NCBI GenBank assembly: GCA_000320545.1
Contig: ADNK01001163.1
Span: forward strand, 1-64,000
DNA length: 64,000 nt
Direction of reading: 5' to 3'
Source of the DNA: Bigelowiella natans CCMP2755
Taxonomy: Eukaryota; Protista; Cercozoa
This document shows positions 27,225-41,406 of the stretch, piece after piece. Made by a program: the position numbers and the translations under genes. Each line of letters begins with the position of its first letter. The first letter of the stretch is position 1. The notes under the pieces are model-generated. The model did not search any database. It worked only from the letters and a program-made list of their open reading frames with translations, and had not been told where the DNA came from.

Positions 27225-27381
27225 AGGAGAGAGAGGGAGAGAGAGAGAGAGAGAGAGAGTGAGCAACACAAACCAAATGAAAGTATGTGCTTCTACTACT
27301 ACTACTACCACTACTACTACTACTGCTGCTGCTGCAACTAAAATCCTAATTAATAGCACCTACCGCACCAGAACTTCCGAA

Positions 27382-27420
<39 letters not shown>

Positions 27421-28338
27421 CATATGCAATCAAACCAAGCCCTCACGCTGATCTTTTTCGCCATCGTTCTTATTCCTTTCTACTTGTACTACTGCTGCTA
27501 CTCACTCTGAATTCCAGCTTCATCCGCATAATATTCTCCATGATCTGCAAGCACATCACAATTAGCAGCATCATCAACACCACTACGACTACTTCTACTA
27601 CCCACCTATCTCACAATCACATGTTTAAGAACAACAGGCATAATCTATTCTCCATTATTATGATCAGTAACATGTGCATAATCCCAAAATTACCACTCTC
27701 CTCTCACCTCATGTATTACAATCATTCGTTATCATCATCTGGAATATATGTTTTGTGGTCAAAATTCTCAGAATATTCTTTTTTGCATTCATCACCTTCT
27801 TTGTTGTCATTAAGTTGTCGACCTGTAATTGTTATAAACAAACAAAGCACGATCAACAGAAGAATAAGAGGAATTACAGAGTAAAAGAGAATAATCACAA
27901 CATTCGATTGTTGTTACATGATTATGGCATTATCTTTCCTAATGATTCTTCATGTGAGTAGTACATATAAGTACTTAACATTAATATTCTTATTATTATC
28001 ATTCTTATTAATCATTGTTATATCTGAAGAGGGTCTTACCGTGTGCTCTATTAATCGGTAAATGTAGTAATAATTACGTGTGTGAATATTCCAACATCAA
28101 AGTAGTAGTGCTAGAAGTGCTATTTAAGTAAGTAGTCTTTTTGTCAGGTTAGGTATCGTCTCTTTTTCCACTTGCTTTCTGCTGCGGTAACCTACCACTA
28201 CTACTACTACGATGAGCTGTCTATTCTATATCTACCTTCTTGTCAGAGATTTGCACCACCTTCCAACCCTTTAACGAATCAATCAATCATTGGTCTTGGT
28301 AAACATCCTCAATACTATTATGGATGCCTCCCAATATT

Positions 28339-28382
<44 letters not shown>

Positions 28383-29067
28383 TGTATAATATTGATAATT
28401 TCACTAACAACTAAGGAGTGCAAATAATAAATCCACATCATCATCTCCATTAAGCAAAGAAGACTACTACTAGAAAAGCAGCTACCTATTTGCCTACTAT
28501 TATTATATCTTTGAATAATCTCTTAGCACCCTCCTCCTCCCCATTCTTCATCAGTAGACTACTACTATCAAATTATTAGTATTACCTCAAGAACACCATG
28601 CCTTTCTGCTTCAGAGCCTTTTATAACCTGAGATCAACGATGTGACAATATTAATTGTTGGTGGTAATACTATTCCATAAATTATTAGGGTTGGTTACAT
28701 GTGCGTGAATAGGTATGTACACAAAAATCACAAAGTAGAAGCTCATGCTAACGATTGACAACGCTTTGCAGTGGTAGCAGTAGTAGTAATTGTAGTAGCA
28801 GATTATGATGATGATGGTGATGATGATGATGATGATGACAAAACGACATATTTTGATTTCCCATTCTGTATATTATCACCTTTGTAACGATCATCCGGTA
28901 ATCGATTACAAAACTAACTTTTACGGTCTTTACATCGATAGCAACATGGAATGAAGACAGACGTTTAAATGAAAATGTATAATGAGTTAAAAGCGCTTAA
29001 ACGATGCACGATGATTAGCCTTATAATATGGACAGTATGTGTGCATCTTTAGCACATAATGTGCGTA

Positions 29068-29098
<31 letters not shown>

Positions 29099-30600
29099 AT
29101 GTGTACATAAAAATAAAGAAAAATAAAGATTGCAAAACTTGTGGTACAAAATTACACTAAATCTGTACTCCGAAGTGAAACCTAAAGATATGTAACATCG
29201 ATCAGATGATGATGAAAATTTGACATCCTTAATCATTGTTGTTGGTTTGATCTTCTTATATTACCGTTCGGTACTGTTGGGTTTTATGTTATGTGAAACC
29301 AATAATATTATTACTTTCTGCTTTTGTCTTAATGACTTAGTGTTGATACATATTTGTTGTTGTATGTAGGAAGTATTAACAAAAGTATTGATTCTATCTG
29401 ACCATCTCCAAGAATTGTAGGTTTCTCTAACGTGAATCGAACATCCTTAGTCTTTTCCCTTCAATGTTGAAGAAAGTTCAGTAAGTGATGATGATAAATT
29501 CAAGAAAAACATCAAATATATGAAATAAACACGTGAAAAGATGGTGGTTAGGTATTCAATAAGCTTTAGTTGTCATTGTCATCGTTGTCTTGAGATGGAA
29601 ATAAATGATGTAGATTACTTCTCGCGCTCCAGGTTGAGTGAAGTGTAGAATTCTACGGAATAATAAGTAGCGTATAAATAAATTTGTTGTCATAAATAGC
29701 AACAGTAGGAAAAGTGGAGAAAGTTGAACAATAACAACAAGAAGAAAACAAAAAGAAAGAATTTAACGAAGTAGTGCGAAAAGCAATTGGTCAGAGAAGG
29801 AAATGATAGCATTGATATTTTTCTCCCTTAACGAATAAATATAGCAAATGATTGTTAACTTTTTCCTACTACTACCACTACCTTTAACATCTGAGATAGT
29901 CTTATTTCCAACCGATATCACCCTACAAACGAAGAATTATACGATGCGAGGACAACGATGATGAAGAAGAAGGAGAAGAAGAAGTTGATGATGGTGGTAA
30001 GTGGAGGGATACGAATGAGTATTAAAAATACAACGATGAGATATTAATAATACAACGATGATTTACACAAACAAGGAGGGGGAGGGGGGGTAAATAGGGG
30101 TCAGGTCTAGTAGTAGCGATATTGCAGTAGCAAATTGAGGTTTCGAGCCATTGAAGAAATGAAATCAAATCTCAACGATACATCGATGATGCTTGAAAAA
30201 ATGAAATGAAATCTCAAAAATACATCGATGATGATAATACGATTAGATTCTGCCAATTAACAACTGGCAAATAATAAATAACAGATATAAGATGTATTTT
30301 GAGGATCCATCATACACAAAAAAGAATGAGACAATTACTTCCATCCAGGTTTAAACTTTGGGTGATCAAGGTACACTCTGCGGTCAAAATTTGACACCTA
30401 ATTATCGATAATAATGATGATAAGAAGAAAGAGGAGGACAAAGGAGATGATGACGTAAGCAAAATCATGATGATTCAATCGAGATATCAATCAATCTCTT
30501 GACAGAAGATGTAAGGACATGGTAAGTGGCATCATTATTTGCATAATAACTACTACTTTAAGAGTTTTTTCATCGATGATAATCCAATGATTCTGAGAAG
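25300..30600 (-). CDS. Probable multi-exon hypothetical gene region; exon structure not resolved
   Basis: Scattered AG...GT-bounded minus-strand open segments (YRSKEKLLSRVKERMYELV near 26800, EGKHGESKQKLLIS near 26480, EKTKDVRFTLEKPTILGD near 29440) among microsatellite-rich intron-like DNA. May continue the gene starting at 34105. Confidence 0.3.
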
Positions 30601-30889
30601 ATGAACAATAACGTTGATCATGATCCATTTTTATTTAACTAGGAGAAGGTTGCAATTTGCATCTGATAAATACGTTATTTCTTCTGATGATAATACGTCT
30701 CTTCTCGTTAACTATACAGATTATTCTTAGCATTAACATATGTGCAGCTAAATGCTTAAACCACATCAAAAGAGGGCCTTTACAACCTTTGATACTAACA
30801 CTTGTATAAGCTCCGAGTTTTCCTTTGGCTGCCTTATTTGTTGCTCTAATGATATTTATCTTCATTTCAGCCTTGGCTATTATTTTCAT

Positions 30890-32711
30890 TATTTCATTGT
30901 TGATTGTAAAGGTTCTATCATCATTGAAAGAGAAAAAAGAATGATGCACATTATCGAATACTCCAAGAGTAAGTCATCACTTCCTACCTGAATTAGGGTC
31001 TCTTAAGATTTTATACCTGCAAACCATTCGGATATCATCACTCTCATTATTCTACGCAAAGCCTCTACTCACGACTATTTAGTACTACAAACATTCCCCA
31101 GAAATTTACTGCCACGACAAACCCAACTTTACACAGGTGGTTCTTTTCATTTATTGTGTCAAGGCACGCACCATTTTATGCAGGGAATTTCAGCGAAGAA
31201 TAAAGATTCAGCCACTAAGATGAACATGGCTCTCATTCCAACATCCTATTTCAATATATGAAAACAAGTATGTTATCTAAATATGGTTAGCATTTATTAT
31301 CATAATCTTTTAGACCGACGCCAACAATCTACTCTTACACACCCTCTAGTATCACAGTACCATTAGTGATAAAGATAGAAAAAGATATACATACAAATGC
31401 AAGAAGAACAAGCTGGCCAAACGCAGAAGTTTGAGAAGCCAACAACAACACGCAGAGCGCTCCTAAGACCAGATAATAAATCTTAAATAAGAATGAAACA
31501 CCATACTCTCGAAGTAGTACACCTAGAACTACCAGATAGTACTTCTGCAAAGTCACTTCTGCTGCTGTAACTACTTATAGTTTGACATTCTCTACAACAC
31601 CAATTATGCTACCACCCATTAGGCCGAAGAAAATAGCAACCATTAGCCCTGCTACATCGTATATTGACAACCTAATATATGAAAAAGAAGGAGTGTCGTA
31701 AGTAGAAGTGGCGGGGCTATTAACAACTCGAACGTCAAAGCATCTTCAGTGATACTGAACATATCATTTAGCATGTTGTATAGTGCTGCCATTCTTATTT
31801 AACTGGTTTTGAGGTAGCTGCACTGTGTCCACAGGGAATCCTAGAACAACGTATTCAAAGGTGGTGGAAAAACAACATCATCGATAGCCTATACAGAAGA
31901 TATATCATAAGAATGGATTTGTAGTATATTATCGTACCAAAGCATTTGTCCCATTCTTCCGTTGGCTCAAAGTCAATTAAGTCCGGCTGAAAAGAAGATA
32001 AATTCGAAGAAAGAGCGATCAGTAACTCTTCTCAGTAAATCTTTCTTACTCATCTCAATGTGTTTAAGTACATGTTGCCCTTGGAAACAAGCAGCACTGG
32101 AAAACAAGCAGCACTGGCACTAATGATTACCGATGCTATCTCCAAAGATTTCAGGCCGCCTAAGATAACAAAATGAAGTCGTTGCAATTTGTAAACATTG
32201 GCTGCCATTCATATTGAATACATTCAACACATGAGATCTTTAAAGGAGGTATGAGGAAGAAGAAACCAACATGTTTTGAGTTCAAACGGTGCTTTTCTTG
32301 GAGTGATCTTTCTCCTTAACATATCATCGTCTTTTGCTGTGGAAACCCCAACTTCTTTTGAATCGTCGTTTATTTCAAAGTCATCTCCTGTAATATACGA
32401 CGATAGAAGTCATTGATGGAAGAAGAGGGCAGCATCAGTATTGATAAGCAATAAGAGGGATAATACGTAGATAATCAAAACCGGAAAAGAAGCAGACTTT
32501 GGCTGTTCATACCATACTCTAGTACTAACAACACGCATCTCCCGTCGCTAGCTACCTACCCTACTACCGATTATCATATTCACAAAGCTGTTGTATAGAG
32601 GCCAATCGTCAGCATTTCTTCCACTTAATCTATCGCTTTTGCGTAGCCTGACATAGTAGTATATCATCCTGTGTGCGTCGTTGTGCTGGAGAGGATCTAT
32701 AACTATACTCT

Positions 32712-32747
<36 letters not shown>

Positions 32748-34105
32748 CTCTCTTTACTACTATTACTATACTGCTACTACTACTATGTATCTATCTTATA
32801 TATTTCTGTTATTTAATAGAACCTATATGAATATAAACATATTACCGTAGATATATTTATATACGTATATTATATGATTAATTTACTACCTCATTTTACT
32901 CGGGGGAACTCTCTTGAAAAAGAAAGTGAATAGCGAGTTTGTTGTTATATATCCAACTATGAGACCCAAAATGTAGCTTGCCGGCGTGCTTATTGGCAGA
33001 AATGCTAGCGCAATGACGTAGACGCCCATATTTACACCAATGCCTATAACGACAACACCAGAAGAAAGGAAAATCAAGGGGAGAAGGAAGAAAGATGACA
33101 AAAATGAGGAGTAGGAGAAGAGGGAGAAGGAGAAGGTCAACAAGAAATGGAGGAGGAGGAGGAGGAGGAGGAGGAGGAGGAGGAGGAGAGAAATATTCAC
33201 AGCAGCTTTTGACTTTGCTAGTTTCTCCTCCGACAAGCAGCAGATCGAGGTAAAATATTCATCCAAGTAAAGATTCGTACGATAAAACAAGACTATAATA
33301 AAAAATCACAAAGATTGTTTAGTTATAATCTTACCAGCGAAGAGCAGAGCAGAACGTTTTACAAATCCTGAAAACAGTATAACTTTAAGAATTCTGGACG
33401 AAAGGTATAGGAGGAGTTGAGAAAATAATAATTTGGTCCATTTACTCATCAGATAAAATATGTCACAGCAGAATCGTTTTGATGAAATACGACAACACAC
33501 ACCCATGTAGTCCCCGGTATGGTGCAATGGTAAAGAGAACCAAGTGTGTTGGTGACGAAATTGCCACACCAACCTGAAATAGGTTTACATATAGTAGAAA
33601 TCATTAACATCGCAAGATTATAACACCACCATGGTATCAATTTCTATTATTTGAGACAAATACAGCCTCCTTACAGCAGTCAAAGTATCAAAAACTTTAT
33701 ATAGCATCACCGCTGAAGGAGATATTTGGACTCACGAGGACGGTGCCTAATATTATATTGCAATTATTTGGCCAACTGCTCGGTCAAAAAATATGTATGA
33801 TTCAGATGTTAGATATGAAACCACCTCATTGAGTTCACATAGTTAAGGTTGCGCCAGAAAGGAATATTCTGAGAAATTATTTGATCGTCATAGAGACGAC
33901 ACTATCGATAACACAACATATGGACCTGATATTGGAGAGCATAAGCGTTGTCCCGTTTCTTTCCAAAGCATGCAATGACGATGAAAAATACTCCAATCAC
34001 CAGAAGCAGAAGGTACACCTAATCACCAACGTCGAAGCAATCATATTGGATGGTGGGCAGGATACAGATGCACTTCATCTTACTCACCCCAGCGACCTCC
34101 GCCAT
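30890..34105 (-). CDS. Multi-exon multipass membrane protein of unknown family
   Basis: ATG at 34105 (MAEVAG|VYLLLLVIGVFFIVIACFGKK) followed by many hydrophobic exons (VIGIGVNMGVYVIALAFL..., LSIYDVAGLMVAIFFGLMG, YYLVVLGVLL...). The 3' end is uncertain. Confidence 0.5.
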
Positions 34106-34715
34106 TTCGCTTTACCCAACAGACTGTTCGTCCAGCGTGTTATTTAATGAGGCCAGGAAGGATCAGCTAACAGTAGATCTGCAACTGCACTCGATCTAGA
34201 TCTATGAGCTGATAATGATGAGATGAGTAGTCCTAGTCAGTGAGATGAGGATAGATGATATACATGTTCCTACTACTTACTACAGGCGGCTGCTGCATGA
34301 TGTGCTAGTAGATCTAACAACTAGATGCATGCACCCACCACTCTTATTACATTTAGATCTGCGTTACACTAGGAACTACTAGATCTACGTTCCTAGATCT
34401 GTGCAAACTGCTGCACTCCAGCAATAAATAAGAAATAATGGCAAGTAGTTGTCGTAGTAATGCAAATCCACTACGTATAAGATGGTACGACTAACACGAT
34501 AGAACATATACATGTACCGGTATTTATATATAAATATAAATATATATTACATAATAGAAGGGATAAACACCCGTACGACAACAATATTGACATGGAATTC
34601 TTATTATAATTACTCATAATTTAACCAAGTACGACGACTTTGAACAAAGAGAAAAAGAGAGTACAGTAAGCATTCGTCGTCAACTTCCTACCTGTACTGC
34701 TGCTGTGCACTGATA

Positions 34716-35411
34716 ATGGCGTTCGAGGATGATGTGTTGACGATCTTCGTTATTTATACCCTTGCTCTTGTTCCCATTCCCTTACTCATCATACAGTTTA
34801 CGTTTCGTCCAGGGCTACGTTGGATATCTGCCGTCTATGGATACAGCGTTTTTCTTTGCGCTGTTGGTTGGGAAATCTGGTGGACATTTGGCATCCTAAA
34901 CGGTGATCCGGTGAATGTGAGGCGTGAATCTAAAACGCTTAATAAATTCATACCGCAAAGCATCAACTGGCTCGTCAACTCTCTCGCAGATGGCACAGTA
35001 ACCCTCCTTGGCATACTACTTCTCTCTTTGTATCGGGCGAAACCTTTAGCAAAGTTCAGTCTCATTGATTTTTTCGTTCTCTACATTTGGTTTAACTTCC
35101 AAGATATCCTTGCTAGCGCTTTATTATTTGCCAATCAATTGGACACAGGCACGCTTAGTCTCGCTCCTTTCGCTCCATTTCATGTAACATGGAACCCTGT
35201 TGCGATGATAGGACCTGTTGCAGTCAATATTGAACTACCATGGCTAATTTCTCCCTTTTTTTGGTATCCTGGTGCACTCTACTTACGAAGGCTATATTCC
35301 GTCCATTCGATTCAACTTAGAGGCAACGATGTCCGGGTTTCTGGAAGCCAAGGCAAAAGGGAGCAATTCGACAATTTGACTGAGTACATTGCACTGACGC
35401 AGTACGTATAG
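34716..35411 (+). CDS. Intronless 231-aa multipass membrane protein of unknown function
   Basis: Clean ATG-to-TAG ORF with several hydrophobic helices and motif-like segments GWEIWWTFG..GDPV..RR, INWLVNSLAD and LSLAPFAP. Confidence 0.8.
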   Translation: MAFEDDVLTIFVIYTLALVPIPLLIIQFTFRPGLRWISAVYGYSVFLCAVGWEIWWTFGILNGDPVNVRRESKTLNKFIPQSINWLVNSLADGTVTLLGILLLSLYRAKPLAKFSLIDFFVLYIWFNFQDILASALLFANQLDTGTLSLAPFAPFHVTWNPVAMIGPVAVNIELPWLISPFFWYPGALYLRRLYSVHSIQLRGNDVRVSGSQGKREQFDNLTEYIALTQYV

Positions 35412-36420
35412 ACAAAAGACCGTTAGAGTAGACATTTAAATCGATTTAATCAAATAGAGTTCCCTAATTCATCCGTAGTGTGCATTTATGTCTCCTCCCT
35501 GAGAGTATTTATGCGACGAAGGCGAATCAAATTGTAGTAGCTAGTGTATTGAATGAAACAAAGGTCCTCTGTAGAATATCGCTCTGACACGCATCAGAAT
35601 TTCACTATCGTTTTATAATATAACAACTTAAGAGTTTGCAACATCAAAATCCTAAGCTTTGAAGATATAATTTCTTGTAATCGTCACGCGTGCGCTCATC
35701 TAGTCATTGCAACATGAAAGACAAGCAGCGCAGAAGTCAAGTAAGTTTGCGAGCTGGCTTCATCTCTTTTGATCTATCTCGCATGCACATCGTCTCATAA
35801 ACATGCTACACCCACTTTCACAAAGACCATGCATTTCTGTCAGCAAGTCATCACTTGCTAGCTTGGCCACGCAAACTAGCATCGTCAGTCAGCGACGGCT
35901 AGATTGATGTCTCTAGCTAGCTAGCTAGAAAGCTAGTGTTGTGCATCGTCACATGTCGCTAGGTCGGTCTATCGGTAAACAAATGATCGGAATGAGATAT
36001 TCCTACCAGCCTTCGTCGTTTCTTCGATTTATTTTTGTTCTGATGACAGTGAATGTGTCGTCTGGGTGTGCGGACGGACATTGCTGCTAGATTGTGCCAT
36101 ATGCTAGCATGTGTTCCGGCATCCATGCATGCATCGCTCGCTCCGGTGCCGTGCCGGACAACCTCGTGCTGGCTTGCTTCTCTAACTAACTACATATTAA
36201 AGTTTATTGAAAAAAAAATTGCATGTATGAAAAATTAAATCTAAATAACAGACTCTAATACTAATAATCGAACAACCGCTTTTGTTGAATTCTTGAACCT
36301 CTCTGTCAGATAGACTGTGCAGTCATATTATCGATAATAAAGTTTGAAAGGCGGCGTTTTTAATTTGGATATTGCTGGAATTCTTATTTATATACTGAGG
36401 GTATCCTATGCCGCTTCGTA

Positions 36421-38037
36421 TCAGTTGGTGGAGTGTCCTCGTCGTTCTTGAAGGCACCATGTCTTGAAAGTTGAATTGGAGCCTAGAATAACATCACACT
36501 CAATATAAACGCCGTGTATAACGATGTAATATTGTACCTGCACGCGATGGATCAGGTAACTGATCAATATAGTCAATGCTGCCCCACCTTCAGCGACTAG
36601 CACTGATAGTATATGTCAGAAGAATAATCTCAAGAAGATCAAATTGGAGCTCTTTCTCTCCTAATTCATGACGGACAAGTTACCGCCAATAAGCATCCAT
36701 GCGTGATAGCGATTTTGAGCCCACCCTGATAGCACTCCAAAGCCTACGTAAATGATCGCGAATAATGTGGAAACCATGTGATGGTTTTCCGTGTTCATTC
36801 TGTGTTGTAGCAGCATTACAAGGAGTTGATCACTAATGGTTGTACTGTTCTCATGTTATCGTCATCACTCTTGTCATAATAGTACCCAAGCCGACAAGAA
36901 ATGCTTCTGCCAATCCAAATCCTTGGTATACCATAATAACTTCCTGCCAACCTGAATTGAAGAAGGGAGATATGATGACATTATTATTGATGGTTCGAAA
37001 AAATGTTGATTGCAACCCCAATTAAGCTGATCTTGGGAATTTATCGGCACATCCTATTGTTAATAAACTTAATGTTAGCTTGAGAACAATTCCATGTAAG
37101 AGGGGTTTATAATGTATTATCTACCGCCAAAAAAATCCTGTGTAGTGCAACCATACACCAGAACTTGTCTGCCAAACAAAACATACATCAATGAGTTGCA
37201 ATGGATTTAACACACCAAGGCGTTCAAACACAGCAGCTTAGTGGTACCTTCGAAAATAAATGGGAAAAGGACAAGGGGTGCCAGAACAACAGCCACCATG
37301 GCCTAAATATCAAAACAACATTGAGCCGATAATGAGCTCTTGGTTGTTTAGAATAGTATGGAGTACTACTAGTACCCCGATCTCCACGTCGAACAAATAT
37401 GTCATTATATATGTTATCCCTGAAAACAACAAGACGACCACTCATCACATCAAATCAAATCATTTACTACAAGAGAATCTGTCGTCTCTTTACTGAAAAT
37501 ATGTCGTTCGTTACCTAATGCACACCAGAAAGCCGCTTGATGTGCTACTATAGCCTTTGCTACCTGAGATAATTTTACGGTGTGACGCATATACTTATGT
37601 TCATCATACATTGCTTCAATAAATCATACCATTTTGGAGTGCTTTAGACATGAGGGAAGGGCCTCCGTATCAGCAGTTCCATTTAGAAAATCAGTTGATG
37701 CTGAGCGACTTAAATAGTCCTAATACCAGTAATTATTGACGTATCTGATCATGTCACCAATAACTCGAGCAACACATAGTACACATTCTTTTCCCTTCGC
37801 ACGACTTACTACCTTCCTTGATTCATCAAGATACATTTGATCTGCGAGGCTGGCATATGTCAATGAAGAGAGATTGTGATCAGCTGGTGTGGTGAGACTA
37901 AGAGAACTCCGGTTTAGCGAGAGTTCGCCTTCCCTTCCTCCGCTCCCAGGGGTAGTTGTCGAAGAAGACGTCTCTTCAAAGGAACCATAAGTGATAAAAT
38001 TACGGGGGCTTTTGGACTTTCCAGATGCTGCCGCCAT
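36421..38037 (-). CDS. Multi-exon membrane protein with a Ser-rich N-terminus
   Basis: ATG at 38037 (MAAASGKSKSPRN...) and GT-AG-bounded hydrophobic exons (GFGLAEAFLVGLGTIM, LFAIIYVGFGVLSGW, GGAALTILISYLI); stop at 36421. Confidence 0.55.
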
Positions 38038-38660
38038 GAGGCGGTCGGGTTGAAAGGATGTTCCTTCCTCCCTCCTAAATCTTTTTCTTTTTCTCTTGTT
38101 GTTCTTGTCCTCTCCTCCTCCTCCTCCTTTCCATGTATATTTATATTCTTCCTCCTCCCCCTTCTCCTCCTCCTAGCTCTCTCGTCGTTCGTAGATATAG
38201 TAGTTCTCCTCCTCCTCCTCCTCCTCCTCCTTCTCTTGTTCTTTTTCTTCCTCTCCTTCTTCTTCCTCCTCCTCCTCCTCTTCTTCGTATCTGAGTTAGT
38301 TTAAGTTGTTCTAGTCGCATCCTTGACTTCCCAGCTATGTTGTTGTAGTAGTTGTTGTAGTTGTTGTAGTTGTTGTTGTTATTACATGTACTACTACAAG
38401 CACTTCAAGTCTAGAAATTCAATCATGGAAATTATTCCCAAAATGTCTAAACTTTCGATGAGACAACATCCACTATTAAAATTACTTCAGCTAATAATGA
38501 ATACAGACTAGCTGGGCAATAGAGGATGCGACTATAATAATTAGGTATCTAAACTAAATAATGGGGGATGAAGGGTGCGACTAGAATAGGTAACTAGATC
38601 TTAAAACTACAAGTAGATCCGAACTACTACTACTACTACTAGTAGGACCACCCTACTACA

Positions 38661-38691
<31 letters not shown>

Positions 38692-38797
38692 GGAAAAGGA
38701 GGAGGAGGAGGAGGAGCAGGAAGAAGAAGAAGAAAAGAAAGATAGGAAGAAGATTCAAAAAGAAGAACCACGATACACGCAAAATAGTAGTAGTTGT

Positions 38798-38830
<33 letters not shown>

Positions 38831-38905
38831 GATCAGGATACTCGTATACGCTGGTATGGTGTTTTGCTAGCTCAATTATGTACCTTCTGTCTATTTTACT
38901 TGACC

Positions 38906-41297
38906 ATGAATACAACGCCAAATTCTTCTCACACAACGAGGTTGCTGGCAGTTCTCTCAAGCGTTCTATTTCTTTTCACGTTGATATTATTATTATCGGA
39001 TAGCTGCTGCACTAGTTCCCACAATATGCGAGCTACAATAGCAGCGAACGTGCATAGATCACACCTGCAGCGACGATACTTGATAGGAAAGAAAACCTGC
39101 AATATTCGCAATCTATTATGTATACGTTCTCCAACATGTAGCGAAACAATGTCTAGACCGAAAATATGGATTGAGGGGGGAAATCGAGATAGATCAAAGC
39201 TCTTCTCTTTCAATGCACAATCCCCTGAAAATGGCGATGATCATCTACGAGAATATGATCCTACAGCTCAGCAAAAGCAGCACCACCTTGTCGTTATAGG
39301 TGGGGGAGCCGCCGGATTTATGGGTGCAATTGAAGCTGCTAACGTTATTGCAGACAACAGCAAACTCAAAGTATCTATTCTAGAAGCTACTTCAAATCCT
39401 TTGAATAAGGTCAAAATTTCAGGAGGAGGCCGATGTAACGTTATGCAAGATGCAACGAAATCGGCACGACTTATCACAGAAGGATATCCTCGGGGACGTA
39501 AGCCACTTATTGGGCTCTTAGAAAGTTTTGGTCCTTCACAGACATATCAATGGTTCGACAACCATGGGGTACAGCTTAAAACTGAACCGGATGGACGAAT
39601 GTAGGAGACCAATGATCATCATAACAATTATAATACAACACTACAAAAATTATCTTAAAGAGTTTATCGATTACAATACCATGCATTATCATAATATTGC
39701 AACTTCAACAACAACCAACAACAATTTCTTACTAGTACTTTATTGCCAGGTTCCCTATCACAGATAAATCTCAGACTATCATAGATTGCTTGCGTCAGCT
39801 TGCTGATACGCATAGCATAGCGGTTGAAACGCGCACCCGTGTCGAAGATATTCGAGTAGTTCAAGAAGAGAAGGAGGGCGGAGCGGGAATGCTTGATGAT
39901 GATGATCATTTTTTTGAAATAACTTGTAAAGTTCCCAAGATGGACGGTGTAGTGAATGATAATAATAAGTTGCGGAGAGCAGCTTCTGACATAAGGAAAA
40001 TACGTTGTGATTACGTTCTCCTAGCGACAGGATCTTACCGGCCCGCGTAAGTCATGCTCAATTTGCAGCTATCTAACAGCACTTATTATTACTCTTATTA
40101 TTATTAGCACTTACTACTATACATATACCCTTATTGTTATTAGCACTTATTATTATTATCATTATTATATTATTATTATTATTATTGTTATGGGACTACT
40201 AAGCTTCTTCGTTGATATCATGATCAGATACCAATGGGCTAAAAGACTTGGGCATGCTATTGAGCCACCAGTTCCTAGTTTATTTACCTTCGAGACGAAG
40301 GATGATCATGTAATGGAAATAATACCTCCTCCTCCTCCTGCTGCTGCTGCTGACAATGCAACAGACTTCAAATAAGAAGATCGTCGTTATGATGATGATG
40401 ATGATCATGAGAATGATTATGATGATGATGATGATATAAACAGGAATCGACCAGAAACAGGGAGATAAATAGTAATGCCGTGGTCTCTGCATCATCATCA
40501 TCTTCTTCTTCTTCATCACAGTCATTCTCTGCTTCGTCGTTTAAATCCTTGGCTGGCATCAGTGTTGAGGATGTTGATCTCAAATTACGTGTGATGGAAA
40601 AAGAAGAAAACGAGGAGGAGGAGGAGGAGGCCCCCCCAAGAGAACTATCAAATCTAAGCACGAGTAAAATATTAAGCAGCCACGCACAGAAGAATCGGCA
40701 CCGTAAGCAGCAGCAATATCGTCGTCGTAAGGAGTATAAGTTGAGTGATAGAGGCCCCGTACTTTTTACACATAGCGGACTCTCAGGACCTGCCATTCTT
40801 AGGCTATCAGCTTTTGGTGCACGATATCTCCATGATAGCAAGTACAAAGGAACTTTGATTATAAACTGGTTGGCATCCATAGGAGTCTCGAACCAGGAAG
40901 AGGCCAAGAAGACCCTAGAGAAAGTCAAAGGAGAGCAGCGAGGAAAGAAGCTAATCGGAACATACTGTCCTCTTGGCTCAACAACAACCTCCTCCTCATC
41001 CTCTATTCTCCCAAAGCGATTATGGGGGTTGTTGTTAGATCAAGCAGCAATACCAAAATCAAAGCAATGGTCAGAAATCTCAAAGAAGGAGATGCAAAGA
41101 TTGAGTCAAATTCTCACTTCCCACACAATTAAAGTCACAGGAAAAGTGAGCAGCCATATGCATGATTAATTAGATTAGCGCTGATCCATGAACTAGTAGG
41201 AGATAGACCTATATCGTACTACTACTGCAGCAGCAGCCTAAATCAAAAATAGGGTTGTTAGGCACACACACATATATCTAATCTATCTGTTATCGTC

Positions 41298-41334
<37 letters not shown>

Positions 41335-41368
41335 TTGAAAATTTTTAAACATTTCATTACATCCGTCT

Positions 41369-41406
<38 letters not shown>

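Noticed and set aside
27130-27260. Compound (CA)n(TA)n(GA)n microsatellites (also about 47240-47425)
   Set aside because: Ordinary intronic simple repeats, common throughout the window.
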